Below, piece by piece: positions 44,894-59,812 of a stretch of DNA of 64,000 nucleotides (its first letter is position 1; every line of letters starts with the position of its first letter). This DNA is from Gordius albopunctatus (lineage: Eukaryota). The stretch lies in contig OZ193909.1 of assembly GCA_964276515.1 (NCBI GenBank), positions 17,732,001 through 17,796,000 of the forward strand, given 5' to 3'. The notes beneath the pieces are model-generated. The model did not search any database. It was not told the origin of the DNA and saw nothing but the letters and a program-made list of their open reading frames with translations. The position numbers were made by a program, and so were the translations under genes.

Positions 44894-47800
44894 CTTTTTT
44901 ATTGCCATGCTACGGGAAATTTAAACTGCGAAAAAGTGTCCATTAAAAATCAAACTTTGATATTATATTTTTGCTACGATATCCGGTAGCTTAAGACTAT
45001 AGTAGAGGGCTATTTTAGAGACAAATTGAAAATCAAAGTTTTGGCTGGTAAGTTTAAGTAGAGATCTGATACGGCCTGCTTTAAAAAAGCTGGACAATTT
45101 GGTTTGAAACATTTAAAGCCTGCCTGAGTTCAACTATGATTTTCTATATACCTACTGCATATCTGGCATTTACTTGTTAGAACAGATTTTTGCCTAATTC
45201 TTTAAAAAAAGCCTGAATAATTAAAATTAAATTCCTTAAAATTATAATTGAGAATATCTTAATGGTAGGGAGGGGCGGCTGCCCCCCTATAAATCCAAAA
45301 ATTCTTCAATATTTAAGATGATTCTGACTAAAATTACTTAAAATTATCATTTTTCCCCTCCCTAAATCATAATTGCCCCCCCCCCTCTAAATCAAATCCT
45401 GGCTACGCTCATGTTAAAGGGAAGTGCTACATTGCACATTTTTCAAAGTATAAATATTATTTTAAAAATAAAAAATATTTGAAGAACATTACATAATGCT
45501 TGTGTTTGCGCTTTAAAGTATATCAAAATTGTGAAAGAAACTAAAAGCCAGTAAATTTTATAATTTAATGCTAGTAGAAATAAATTTAGGTAGTAAAACT
45601 AAAATTTCAGTAAAATGTTAGAATCATATATAAAGCCAATATCCTAGTTAATGAATACGACCTGATTTTTCAAAACCGTTTGTTTAAACAATAAATTAAT
45701 AATAAAATTTGCCATAAATAATAATTATTCACCGAAAAATAAGTTGTTAAACTTTATTAATTTAGCCCGTTTGCGGTCGGTTTATAGATATTAATGATGA
45801 ATTTCAGGCTGCTTTAAAAATTTTAGGCCCAAGTGTCAGTCAATTTCTAAAATAGCCATTGTATACATTTTAAATTCTGCCCGGCCACGGACCAAGCTTT
45901 TGGGCCGTCCGCGGGCTGGTCTTGTCCGTTAGTCAGTTTATTTATTAATAAGTTTGTCTTGAATTGTATTATAATAATAACTAACTAGTCGTTAGTAGAG
46001 TGACATTTTAATACGTGAGTTTTTGGAAAGGCAATATTGATTTTGTTAAAGTTTTATGAGCTATTAAATTCTCGTTAAAGAGCGAATAAAAAGCACAGCT
46101 TTTGGAACAAAGCCGATCTAGAACATAAAAAGGAAATAAGATTTATTAAGTATCGATATAAAAAGAAACTTTGAACATTTACTTGATAAATTTTATTCGA
46201 AAAATTTATGAAATTTTTAAAATTCGTTAAATTTAGAACTTTACAGACTGCTAAAGAAGCTTAATCAAATGCAAAAAAAAGTCAAAAAACAATATCTGCC
46301 TAAAATAATTATTTTTATGATTGAACAAACTCAATCATAGATAAAGAGATTAAAAACATCTAGACATTCATTGATGGACCTAATTAAAATTAACTAACCA
46401 TAAATGTCAAACTGAGGCATATTAAGAAAACTCGTCATAGGCCTAGCCAAAATTAGAATTAGAGGGGGAGCATAATGATTTGGGCGAGGGGCAATATAAT
46501 TTTATTTAGCCCAAATTATCCTAAATTTAAACGATTTTTTTGGATTTATAGGGGGCAGCTGCCCCATCCTGCCCCATGACTACGCCCATGAAATTAATGA
46601 TATTACATTACGGCCTTAAAAATGTATATTTTAATCATACACTAACATAACAATGTACTCCCAAAAACAGCTGATAATAAGGTAAAGGTGTAGGCCACCA
46701 TGTTAAGGCATATGTTAATTAATTAAACGCCATGAATTTTGCTATATTTTAAAATTTATTTCCAAAAATTAATATTAAGCTAAATTAACATGACAATTGA
46801 CAAAAGCTCTTAACAGAGAAAAAAAACTTGAGGTAGTTGAAGGAAATTTGAAACTACGTTGTAATTAGCTAAAATTATGCTGGTTCTCACATATCAAGGG
46901 AATGTGTTTTAATTTAATCGATTAAGGGAAAATTAATACATATTTTGTAAAGATGAATGAAATAATTGGGAAAAAGTTAAGAAATATTAAAAAACAACAT
47001 TTCGGTATGGCCATAGAATTATATCTGGGATAAAATTTGTTTCCCTACTTTTTAAAATAAATTGTAAGCCTTGGGGGACGAAGGTTGTAACAGCGGTTGC
47101 CCCAATGGGACAAAAAATTAAAGTTTTGTTAATTCTCGAGTATTAGTGCCTCGGCTGAAGAGAGAAGATCTTTGTTTTGATTAGATTGACGATGTCAATA
47201 TATGTATAGTCTAGGACTAAACAGAGTTCATCATTGTACGGCGTAGCTAGCCTTTTTGCCTTGAGGGGGGGGGGACAAAAAAATTTCCTACGCCCACCTT
47301 TAAGAATAAAAAATATTAATGTTTTGCCCCCCCCCCCAATCCAAACCCTAAATACGACCATGGGTCAAATGCAATTAAAAAAATTTTCCCTCCTAAACGT
47401 TGGACAAACTTAAAATTCCGCTACTACTTTGTGTATTTTTCCTATTAACATCACACTAATATGTCCCCTCATGTTTATAGGGCATAAAATAAATAAAATT
47501 TATTCATAAATAAAACAAAGTGATGTAGTTGAAACAAGATAGAAATTTTCACATGGTATAATAAGTTTTGTATAAATGAATTGTAAGGGTAAAAGTGTAA
47601 CGGGGATATTGACAAGAAATCGTTGACATTTTAAAAAATAGTGCAAATAGTTATAAAAAAAACTATATAACGAAGTTTTTATAAAAATTATTGCCACAAC
47701 CCCAAAAATCTTGGCCATATATATAACAAATTTTAATTTTACAGGCAGCATTTATATCAGGAGAACAATGAGAACATTTAAAATCCTTTTTTAAGGTGAT

Positions 47801-48279
47801 GCTCCAAAGGCGTAATTATAACATAAAATTAAAAAAAATTAATTATGAAATTAAAATTCGTTCAAGAATGAGTATTTAGAAGTTATTGCTCCTGATATTA
47901 TAGATATATTTGCGCAACCGCCCCCCCCCCTTTTACATCACCTAAAAATTAAAATGAACTGATAAATTTAACGGCTAAATGAACCTTAAAAATATTCTGT
48001 CAAAATTAAATGAATCAAAATTTTATTTGATAATTTTAGATGAAATTAGAGATGTGAGATACACAGAACAACTTAGCGTCCAAAGACAAACATAATGAGT
48101 TTTTTAGGATTTTTATCCCTTGAAAGTTTTGATGTGTTAACAATTTTATAAAATTCAGCAATTGGTTATTAATATTAATTTATCAAACTTATGATGGGAT
48201 ATCACTAATGAAGGCGGAAAAAATGGTGTACAAACAATTTTTTGGAAACCAATTGTCTTTATATGGGAATGTGGAGGTT

Positions 48280-50948
48280 TGATCCGATCCGATCCGAGTT
48301 TTTTAAAATCTAAATCCGATCCGATCCGACATTTTTTAATTAAAATTTTACGAACATAACTTTTTATTGATGATTAAATTCAAAATACATAAAAATAAGG
48401 TAATGCAATTTTAATAGACCTGAAATAAATATAAAATTTTATTTGACTAATTCTATATTATCATATAAAAATAATATAGAATCTAAATTTTCTGGTTTAA
48501 TTCGCGTTCTTCTTTCTTCTAATGTTCTTCTAGCCACCGAGAAATTTCTTTCCAAAGTGGTAGAGGTAGCAGGTATAGCTAAAACTTTATTTGCCAGCTT
48601 ATAAAGCCTTGGCAGGACTGTTTGATATGAAACCCACCATTTCAGCAAATCTTTTTTTGAATCATATTTGCAATCTTCATTTTTTAATGAAAGGTAAATT
48701 GAGATTTCATCGGGGGCTTTATCTTCTTCCTGCTCATCTTCCCATTGATTAACTATTTTAAAATATAAATTAAATAATTTATTTTATGTAAAAAATATAT
48801 ATACATAATAAATATTTAAATGTATGTTAATTACTTTTTTCTCTTTTTTTTGAGGCTGACTATCACTACTACTTGCCGCATAATTTCCAATCTCAGCTGC
48901 AGAATCTACCAAAAAATCCTTAGACGATAGTATGGATCTTATTTCATTAATTACGCCTACTCGCTCATTTGGGGGGAGCATCCTGAGTTGGCGATAATTT
49001 GGGCATAAAAATGTGGCAATTTTATGTTGTTGAGTGATTAGAAATTTTGACTTGAGGGTGGTACAAATATCTTTTTTAAGATCATTAATTTCGTGATGTT
49101 CTTCAAAATCATCAGTTTGCTCGTGGTCTGATTGTGAAAGATTACTGAGTAATTGGTAATATTGAATCAATATATTGTGAAAGGTTGGGTGTTGATCAGC
49201 TTCCAGAACTAAAGAAGCCGTTTTAAACGTAGTTTGGTCAGCAAATTTTTATCAATCACATCTATCTTCTCTGGCATATCAATAGAAGTTAGATATGTGG
49301 TCAGTTCCTTATACTCCTTCAATATGCTCTCAAACATGTCGAGTCTGGAGTTACATCTTGTTTCTATTGATTGATGCAATGTATGATTTAAATATTTATT
49401 TTTGCCACTTTGCTTCTTCATATATGTCCTTAGCTTTTTGCATGCTTGTTGTAACAAGTCATTAATTTGAGGGTAATGGAATGTAAAATCATTTTTATTG
49501 AATACGTTTCGTAGTACTGTATTGAGCAGTAAATGGGACGTGCGATTCATTCGCTTATGATCTTGCAAGGCATTCACCATGTTAGAACCCTGATCGGTAA
49601 CGTAAGTTATCAATCTCATGTATTCCGTAGGGATGTGAAGTTTTTCAAAATTTACAGATATTTCTCTTAAAATATTTTCCCCTGTTTTTTTTTCAACGTC
49701 TATTTTTGAAGTGAAAAGAATATGCTTATGTAGGATTCCGAGGGATATATAATGTAAAGAAAATGTTAAGTAGTTTATTTTGACAAAGTCATCTGTCCAG
49801 AGGTCGAGAGTGGCTGAACATGATTTTGCTTTTAAATGGGGGAGTAACTTTAATATTAATGCTTCTCTACTTACTACATCTGCAAGTTTTGCTGTATTCC
49901 TACTTAAGGTAGTCCTATCTCAAAGTAATTCATCAACGTTTATATCACCATGAATGGCACCAATATTCAGAGCTTCTTGGAGCATTGCTCTAAATCCTTC
50001 CCCGTTAACGATTGAAAACGGTCGAATATCTTTTGAAATAAAATAAATTATATGCTTTTCAAATTTTTTTTTAATTTTGTGATTTCAGCGAGAGGTTTGG
50101 TAACAAATTTGTCAAGTGTATTTTTAGCTAAAGTTTTTGGAATACATTTATGATGCAAAAGATGAGAACTACCTCGAATGGAATTATATGTGTAGATATG
50201 ATGGCATTTCTTGCAGATAACATAACAGGTGTATGTATCATTTTAATTTAGAAGGTCAAAGTAACTCCAAATTTGACTTTTTCCATCTTCTTTTTTAACT
50301 TGTTTGAGAAGATTTTTTTTAAATTTTTTTATTATTTCTTCCATGACGGTTTTTAATATGATAAACAATATTGGTGTATTTGCTAGATGTTACGAATCTA
50401 AATGATTATTTCCAACACCCCCCCCCCCATTATTTTTTCCCCTTAAGTCAGCGTGACTCACACCAGCCAGACAATAGCCCTGCTGCAGCATGGAGATTGG
50501 ATTGCTTCTAAGAAGGGAAGCAGCTACATCATTCATGATTACCCGGACAGGAATCAAGAGGGAAAGGAGAAGGAGCTACGCGTGTGCTTTAAGGAAAGGG
50601 GAGAGTGATTGATGATTTTCGGAGTTGAGTTGAAATGAAATAGAAAGAGATGCGTGTCTACTCTACGTCTAGCTAGGGAAAAACGCTAGGGAAATACTGA
50701 TACCCATATTAGGGTAATAAGGGGTGAGGAGGTGGCATTGGGCATCAAAAATGGTAAAGTAAAAAAAGAATGCAAAGATAATTATGAAAAGGTATACTAA
50801 AAATTATTAATTTAATTATTATTGTTTATTTTAAATTTGAAAATCCGATCCGACTAAAATCAAATGTTTATCCGATCCGATCCGACTTCCAAAATTAAAA
50901 TGACGGATCGGATCGGATGTCGCATCGGATTGATCCGTGCACACCATG
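48280..50948 (-). mobile_element. Decayed hAT transposon, Hermes/hobo-like; transposase pseudogene ~48439-50344
   Basis: BED finger (KSQIWSYF...CKKC...HLLHHKC), DIRPFSIVNGEGF, ATLDLWTD, TYVTDQGSNMVNAL, ETRCNS, IPATSTTLERNFS; GATCCGATCC subterminal repeats at both ends; several stops and frameshifts. Confidence 0.88.
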
Positions 50949-51061
50949 TTAAACAATAAGCATGTGAGATGGGCAATTAAATTGAAACCAGGATGTAATT
51001 TTCGTAAATATAATAATATTTTAATATATTTTGAAAGTGAATTTTTCATTAAATATTAAAA

Positions 51062-52235
51062 TTAGTGTTTTAATAGTAGTTCATTACGCCTTTTACTCGA
51101 TGTTGCAAACGAATTTATAATATCATCCGAGGGAATAACATTTATAAAGTCATGTTCTAAGCCTAATAAAGCTAAGGAAGATAACCTATCTTGTCCAATT
51201 GTGGAACGAAGATAAGTTTTAATCCGTTTTAGCAATGAGAACGTTCTTTCGCATGAACATGAAGTTATTGGGATAGTTAAAATTATTTTAATCAAAATAG
51301 TAAAATTTGGAAACACTATTGGGGGCAAGATTTTAATAAGTGAAAAAATACCATTGCATTTTATTTTATTTGAAGATAAAGAGTTATAATGTGTTACAAA
51401 AATTTTTGCCATTTTAATTTCGCCGTCTTCCAGTTTTAATTCATAATGGTTAATTATTTCTGATAAAAGAGATTTATAGCAAAAAAGGGGATGAAGGGTT
51501 TAAACCTTCTAAGGACTTATATAAATTACAATTAATTTCCGAAAATCTTATGTTTAATTCTGCTATTATTCTATCGATGATAGGATAATATAAATCAATT
51601 TTGAAATCAATCTTTTATTTTTATGATTGGAATTTTCTAGAATGCCATTTTCAATTAAATTATTAAGACCTTCAGTGTAACCTAATTGTATTTGAATAAA
51701 TGAATGAAAGCACTAACACTAAGTAAATACCTTTCAGGACTGCATTTTTTTATTCCCCTAATATTATATTTATATAAACCTAATAATAAAAAGTTGTAAA
51801 TACCTATTTGATTTTACCTATTGCTTGGAGCTAAGGGCTTTAAAAACATGTTAAGCTTTAATTGCTTCTTGCTATTGCTATTCATATTAATTAATAAAAG
51901 TAAAGTGCAAATTAATTATAAAAAACTCGGGTTTGTAATTAATATTAATTTTGAAATTATGTAATTATGTCAACTCAACAATTTGATACAATTTTCATTC
52001 TTTATTGTCTTATACAGCATCTTTATTTTTATTTGTAATATTATAATTAAAACTTTTACCCAGAAACAATAATAATAATTTTTATATTGTTTCTTAATTA
52101 AGATAAAAAAAATAATGGCGGAAGGGGCCCGGGGGCCCAAGATTTTTCCCTTGGGGGGGGGGGCTCATGGGGCCCGGTTTTTGCTCTTGGGGGGGGGGCC
52201 GGGCCCCCTGCCCCCCCCCCTAGCTACGCCACTGG
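51062..52235 (-). mobile_element. Internally deleted hAT element (hATC dimerisation domain, ZMYM1/Tip100-like) with CAGTGGCGTAGC terminus
   Basis: FPNFTILIKIILTIPITSCSCERTFSLLKRIKTYLRSTIGQDRLSSLALL; terminal gctacgccactg at 52224-52235 with GGGCCC subterminal repeats. Confidence 0.8.
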
Positions 52236-55200
52236 TACCAAACTGGTATTATAAACATACCTATTTTATTAGTATAAATTATAAGCCAAGGTACTAGTTT
52301 AAGAGTCTATAAATATGATTCATTATAATAAGAGTTATTGAAGCCTTGTTTTTTGATATGATTAAAAGCTAAAAAAATTGAAATTTACATTCAATGAAAG
52401 CGAATATCGATTTTTATGTCAGACAACTAATTTGCCACATTTTAACAAATGTTTTGATTGAATTATATGGAATATATAAATTATTAATAATTTCGCCTTA
52501 TCTTCCTTCATATGCGAACTATTAGTTATCATTACAAATATATAATTGTCTGTTATTTATAAGAGATTATCGAATTGCATTGTGCATTGTTCAACGATTT
52601 AGTTAAAACTTAATTTAAGTTAGAACTTATGTAGTCTTTAAAGTCAAACAGTTCACTTTATTACATTTTAATAATAAAATATTGTAATCTACTTTTAAAT
52701 GACTTTTAAGAATTAAATTTTCAATTTTACAGATTTATTATTAAAAATATAATACCTAGCAGCAGTTATATGACCATAGTTTTTAATGGAAAAAGTGTCC
52801 TTGATGTATTAGCTCAGTTAATGATGGGACGATGAAAAATGGCTACACATTACCTGTGCGTGCACCTTGGCCCCCCCTTATGGTTAGTGATGTTATAGCT
52901 ATATCGATTGACTATTTTCACTTATAAAATTCTGTAAACAATGTATGTACATACATCTAAGTGATATGTGGTTTACAAAATTCATGTGTCAAAATAAATC
53001 AGCCGACTTGACAAGGCTCAATTAATATTATCTCTGTCCGCCTTTTTAACATGAAGACAAATAAAAAATATTTATATGTTGAATTCCTATAATTTAATTT
53101 TTAATTGAGACGCTCTGATAATATTTTTATGTCTTTAACTAGTTTCAAGAAAAATAACACATTTTAAATATTTAAACACTCAGTTTTATCAAAACTTGGT
53201 TTACACACGTTGGATATTATAACCTTAGACTATAAATTATAGATTTTATAATAAGAAAAATCAAAAAGCTTCGAAACTTGTATATATTTTTAAAAATAGG
53301 AACAAGTCATGAATAGCGGAAGCTTTTAAGAACCCAATAAAGTTAATTTAAATCGCAATAAATTATCACAGCATAAAATAAAAAGTTCAAATATATTATT
53401 TTAAGTGAAAAATAGAAGATGGCAAAAACTCTAACCCAACAATTCGCATCTCTAAAAAATGTTAAATTTGTAATTCAAAATGGAAATTGGCAATAAGTTT
53501 GCAGTTGATAAACACTTTATAAAAGATCAGACTATTTGTATCAATTTTTTGTCTGTTTTAATTAGTATATTTAGTATTTAAATGTAGAGGTTTTTAAGAA
53601 TTTTTGTAATTGATATTTTATCACTTCAAAAAGTATTCGCAGCAGTGCTTTAATTACAAAATAAAATTTCCTTTCAAAATATTTATCATAATACAAAATT
53701 TATATTATAACTTAAGAAGGGGTAATGCCAATTTTTCCATTACCTATTATTATTATTATCAGTCCTTCGCGCAGATATTTCCTTTTTGGCCCCCATCGCA
53801 AATTCTCTACTTTCATACAATGAAAACCCATTATTTTTTGTAGTTATATATTTTTATGACTATATATTAAATACTTTTTAGACTTTTAATAGAGGCCAGT
53901 GATTATTTCAATATGGCCGCCCCCCCCCCGTGGATTTTGGTGAAATATAAATATATAAAATTAATATAATGCATTACATTAAATAATAAAAAGGATTGCG
54001 TGCACTAAATTTTATAGATATCTAGTCACTTTCTAAATAAATGAATTTTGTCAAAAAAAATTTTTTTAATGACAAATACTTAGTTTCAGGTTAAAATTAA
54101 ATGTTAATACCTTCCCATTAAAAAGTAACGTAGAAAAACATTGTAAATTTAAATTATAATGATTACAATAATACGTTTAAATCCTTTCAAAAGAATAATT
54201 ATATGAGGTAGCAGTGTATTAAAAATTCCGAAAATATTTCTATAATTTAAAATTGTATATATAAAGAACGAATTTAAAAAAAAATTAATTTATATTGCCA
54301 GGGCTCAGCAAAAAATTAGTTAAAAAAATCAAGCTTAATGGGTCGGGCAAATTAGAAATTATTAGGGTGAAGAAATTTGATGTTAATTATAATTTACTTA
54401 TTTATTTATATTAATAAATTATTAAAAAGAAAAAGAAATTGCGAAATTTTTTGAAAATTAAGGGTGGGCAACTGCCATAAATTAAAAATCTCGGGCGGGC
54501 ACAAAAATATCAAGATTTAAATTAAAAATATTTACAAAATATGACAAATTATTGATAAAATTAAAAAAATCATCATCTGGGGCCGGGCAGTCTGGGCATA
54601 TCTAATGATTCGGACATGACCGAGTTGACACTTAATAAAGTGTGTGAGGATAATTTAGTTACATAATTGAACAGGGCGGGATTCGGGGGCACAAAATTTT
54701 AACCAAACCTAACCTTTGCTATAATTAAAGCCCACTTTAATATAATTTTTGTGTCATAATCTAAGATTATAAGTAAAAAACTCTTTCCTTTCTCGTTCAA
54801 TGGTTGAAAACTGACCAATGTTGACGGTTTGTTTTAGTTGAATCAAAGTTCGATCGGCCTATCAATAGGCCAAATACAAATATTATGATTTTCACTCTTT
54901 TTGACTTATTATTTTTAAATTTCCCCTCCTTTAAAGTACCTAGTTCCAGTTGCTTATTATTCCTCATTTTAAAATGTACCTATCATTTTTGACCCATAGT
55001 TAATTTTGTTTTGTCAAATGAACTTCAGGTTTTTTCACCTTATATTATTTTACTAATCCATTTTTATATGAAAAATTTATCATAATTAGCTTCTTACCGA
55101 AAAATCAAAATAAAACACATTAAATGATAAGTTTTAAAACTATTCACATGTATATTTCGCATTAAATGTTTTTGCTATAATAAAAAAGGTTGATACAACA

Positions 55201-56760
55201 AAGAACTGATAGTTGCCTAATTAGTTATTTTTCCACTAAAAATCATTGTCGCCACGACATTTTTATTAACATAAATGTCATCTTCCCCCAATAAGAGTCC
55301 CATTCAAGCCCCTGTGAGATGGGTTCAGCTCAAAATAATTGAATTATGTCGAAACGTAATCAATAAATATTTAAAGGCGGTCCCTTAGCTATTTCCATGC
55401 CACCCCTCCCCCCCCGCCTCTCTTTGCTACACCCGTTTATTAATTGATTAAACAAACTCCTAAACCATATAAAATGCGATTTCTCTTCTCTCACTTAGCA
55501 TGCAAGAAAAGTGAACTGGAATGCAATAAGAAGTAAGAACAATTCTGAAGATTTATTAATTGATATGGGATTTATTTAATCGATGAAAAAAATTTCATAT
55601 AATATTAGCACTTTCAAGTTCAACTAAGGGAACTTTGGATTAGAACCTAAAAAGAGTTATTTTGGATAGAGTCATCGCTTGTTTATTTAAAGGTCTATTA
55701 AATTTAATGTGTAAATGAAATTAAAATCCATATACCTTGTAAAAATCTTTATTTATCTGCACCGCCAAATGCATATTTATGTTCTTCCCAATAGACATAG
55801 GCGTAGACAGGGGGGGGGGTGCGGGCACGGAGAGGGGCGGCTGCCCTCCTCTAAATCCAAAAAATTTGTCGAAATTTACTAAAATTATGGCTAAATTTTA
55901 AAAAAATGATAATTTTTCCCCTCCCTAAATCATTATTGACCCGCCCTCTAATCCCAATGCAGACTACGCCAATGGTTCTTCTTCACCGATAGACTCAAGA
56001 CTAAACCTCTTAAAAGAATTAGACATGGCCTGCCAAAATAGTTGCAAGCCCTCGGGCTAAAAACATAGCATCAAAAACGTGTTAAAGCCGAAATCGATTA
56101 TCAATTAGGGCAACATCTATGGGATTCCCTCCTCCCCCTATCTATTATCCACCCCTCCCCCCTTTCCCAGCTCAATTATGACCAATTCTGCTCCGACCCT
56201 GAGCATTTCAAAATGTAAATGCGCCATCCTTGTTGCTAAATCGCGTTTTGTTTGATCATAATCCTCTCAATGTTGTCTCGCTCAAAGGTTTACGGTCATA
56301 TTCAAGATACATCCGTACACTACACCTGCCCTGCCATAACTTACCTCTCTAACGCATTGCATAGCCTAGGAAGATGCATTAAACATTACAACAACAACAC
56401 TGTTGTTGTTTTATTAGTGCTAAAGTTTAGGAGAGCGCGTGCTGCATACTCCGCTTTTCGAAACGAAAAGTGTCTGTTACAAAAATCGATATACCATATC
56501 GTGTGAGGCCCCCTCCTGCCCCCTACCCCTCAATCTATTGAATACCAGGCATTATCATATCTCTGTAACGGAAATATTTTGGGAATCACTATCATATCTA
56601 TACGATTAAAGCATTTCAATCTCAGCTACACCCAATCCATATCGTCACAACAACCCTTCTAACCCTCTCGCACCTTTGATAAATGTGACTTCTACTCTCA
56701 CGTTTTACCATGGATCTCTTAGAGCTTGAAATAGCTTAGCGAAGCAGAGGAACTAATCAC

Positions 56761-57047
56761 ATGGAACAACCACCACTCGATTTAACCCGACTTCGAACGG
56801 AATCGGGTTCAGAACGGAAAAGGAGCCCTTCAAACCTTAGCGACCTATGCTTCAATTATTCCACTCAAGGTGCTTACAAAAAGTCTGGTAAAATGGGGAA
56901 TTGTGATACCACAGATTTTGGGGAAGATATTGGTCAGGAGTCTACAACTAGCGAGCAGTCGCATTCCCCATTCGTGCCCATATCTATGTTTTGCCTCACC
57001 CTGGACAATCCCATCCGGAAATTCTGTATAGGTCTATTAACTTGGTC
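56761..57047 (+). CDS. First coding exon of a voltage-gated calcium channel alpha-1 subunit, most likely Cav3 (T-type)
   Basis: Ends PFVPISMFCLTLDNPIRKFCIGLLTW(S), the pre-IS1 segment of Cav channels, and stops exactly at ATATCCTTT, the position of the AT-AC intron conserved in Cav alpha-1 genes. In-frame stop upstream of the ATG. Confidence 0.8.
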
Positions 57048-57056
57048 ATATCCTTT
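57048..57056 (+). other. U12-type (minor spliceosome) AT-AC intron 5' splice site
   Basis: TGG TC|ATATCCTTT equals the U12 donor consensus, in phase 2 at the conserved Cav position. Confidence 0.8.
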
Positions 57057-59812
57057 TTATCAAAGATTTTCCTCTTTTAATTGTAAACCCACATTCATTT
57101 TTGCACGAAACAATTTAAGTTAAGTTTAAGAGTTAAATGTTAGTTTAGATATTTTTGCTAGTCTTTATGGATCTCTAAATAAGCGAAAATTATGTTAAAC
57201 TACTGTTTGATCGGTTACTTTGTGTTAAGACGATAAAGTTTTTGCTATAATCTTTTCATGTCTAGTATGTAAGAAAGTTTGAATTAGGGGGTTGGGGGGG
57301 CAAAAGTTCATTTAGAGGGGGCAAAACATAAATTTGTTTTAATTTTTCAATGTTTTTGCATTGAAATTTTTTTCTCTCGTAAATTAGGGGGGGGGGGGCA
57401 GTACGCCCATAGGCATAATGTTTAAATATCATGCCTAGCAAATTAATATCAATAATTTATAAAAATTAAATATATTAAAATAATGAGGTATGGTCTTAAA
57501 ATATTATGTTTTGAATGTTAATCGAGATTTTAAAACTTGGGCTTTAAGGTTCGTCTTTAGCATGCATATATTTGTGATATTTGTATTGTAGATATATAAA
57601 ACATGACATATGCTTCTTTCAAACAAATTATTTGATCATTTCATTCAATGTAAATTTTAATAATTTTTTATAGCATAGCCTAATAATCCATGATGCCCTA
57701 TTCGTATATATTAATCATTGTTAATGTTAAGCGCGTATAGTATTTGAAAAACATAGCCATAGCTAGCTGCAACAAATCTAGACACCTGTTCATGGGCTTA
57801 GCCAGGTTTTGGATTAGGGGGGGGGACCGAAAACTATTTTGGAGTTCAATTAGGGGGAGGGCAAAACATAAATTTTTAAGCGTTTTTGTATCAACTTTTT
57901 TTTTCTATTTGGCTACGCTCAAGCACGTGCTTCCCAATGCAAAATTACAGGCTCTGATAAAAAAATTATTGGGCGCTTTCACATAACATATGTAGTAAAT
58001 TAATGGAGAGGTTTCTCTAATTATAATATAATTATCCATTCATTTTAACATTATTACTATATTAATAAAGGATGAATTATAGTTATGGCGCATAACACTG
58101 CTTTGGCGCCCTCTTTAATTTTCTTTCATATAAAACACATTAATAATGTGTTTTTGTGATATTATTTTAGATCAAAGTCATAACATAGCAATTTATATTA
58201 TTTGCCGAAAAATGGTCACCACCCTTTAATGTATTCCATTAGCAAAAAGCTTAACCCTGTCTCAAGCATAAAACCTTTTCAAACTTTGACTATTCTCTAA
58301 TGATATATTTATTTATTGCCATTTCATTAATATAATAATTTCATACCAAAAAATTGCCAAACACTATTATTGATGTTTTTACAAAAGTTATAATAAGAAC
58401 GTTGACTTTCATCGCGACTTCAAGAAAACGACTTATTTAGGAAATCTTTTGATAGGGTTTATATGTATGTTGCTCTTTATTTTGTAAGAAATTGATGCCC
58501 GTCCTGCTAATTTATTCATTGATTAAAGGACAGATTCTTCAAAAATACCAATAAATCTTCTAGTTGTTTGCCGTTTTAGTATCTTTATAAAGAAACTTTG
58601 TCAGAGTTAACCGTCATTTTATTAACGGAACAATCATAAACTTTGAATCTCATTTTATAGTAAGTTTCTTAATGGTTTCTAGATTTCGCTTTTGTATATC
58701 GCGAATGCTGCCACCCCCAAGTTAAATCTTTGCCCGACTCCATTTCTTAGCTAGGTTAATGGAAAAGACTGAAATATTTATATTTATGTAGCCATTTCAT
58801 TGTTTTAGACATAAAACAAAGGCGTCATGCCATTTTCACACAATGTATGCGCATATAAGTGTTTAATTCTAATTCATTTAATTTTTTGTAAGAAATAAAA
58901 TTTATTCGCCTTATTTATTCCCTAATCTCGCTCGCTACTACTTATTTTTCTAATTTATATAATAATTAATTTCCATATCATTCTTTTTTGCCCCATTTCA
59001 TTCGCCCTTTATAACAGAGACGGGCCGGGCCGGGCAACTGCCTTAAATTTTAATTTTCGGGCCGGCACGCTGATAAGATTCAGGCAATTCGGGCATGCCC
59101 AAAATTTTATCAAATTAATTTTCCTTGAAAAAAAAAATTCGCTTATAAACAATTTTGGGCCATAATAAATTTTACTAGATTTTTTCCATCGCTTAAATCT
59201 TCATTGTACGTTTATATAATGTGCTAATTTCAATTTCTTCAAAATTAAATTTTATTTCGAATAAATTAGTTTAACTGGTTTGTGGAAGGGACAGCTGCCC
59301 CCCTCTAAACTCAAAATTATGGCTAAATTTTCAAAAAATGATCATTTTGCCCCTCCCTAAATCATTATTACCCCCCTCTAATTTTAAAGCTGGCTACGCC
59401 CCTGTAAACTACTTCTCTAATCTAATACTATGGAAGAAACCATTTTACTCTCTGGTAGTAAATTATTTTATTACATTTTTATCGCGTTCAGTTAAATCTT
59501 TGCCCTACTCCATTATGGAAAGGATTGGATTATTTATATTTATGTAGCCAAAGCCATTTCATTGTTCGCTATACACTACACATGTGTGCCGTCTAGACTT
59601 AAAACAAAGGCTCATGCCATTTTCGAACAATGCGCATAATTGTAATTCATTTAATTTCTTAACAACTAAAAAAACATGGTGCAAAAATAAAGCACACAAG
59701 ATTATCCTCCAAAATTGCAGACGATTTGTTATTTTTACATAATAATTATGAAAAAAAAATATTGTCATCTTTGTTTGGTTCAATATGCCATTGGTTTAAT
59801 GCTTATTTTGTA

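Noticed and set aside
58720..59660. Local ~170-bp duplication (58720-58890 versus 59490-59660) and short direct repeat at 63757-63907
   Set aside because: Ordinary diverged intronic duplications with no coding or structural signal.
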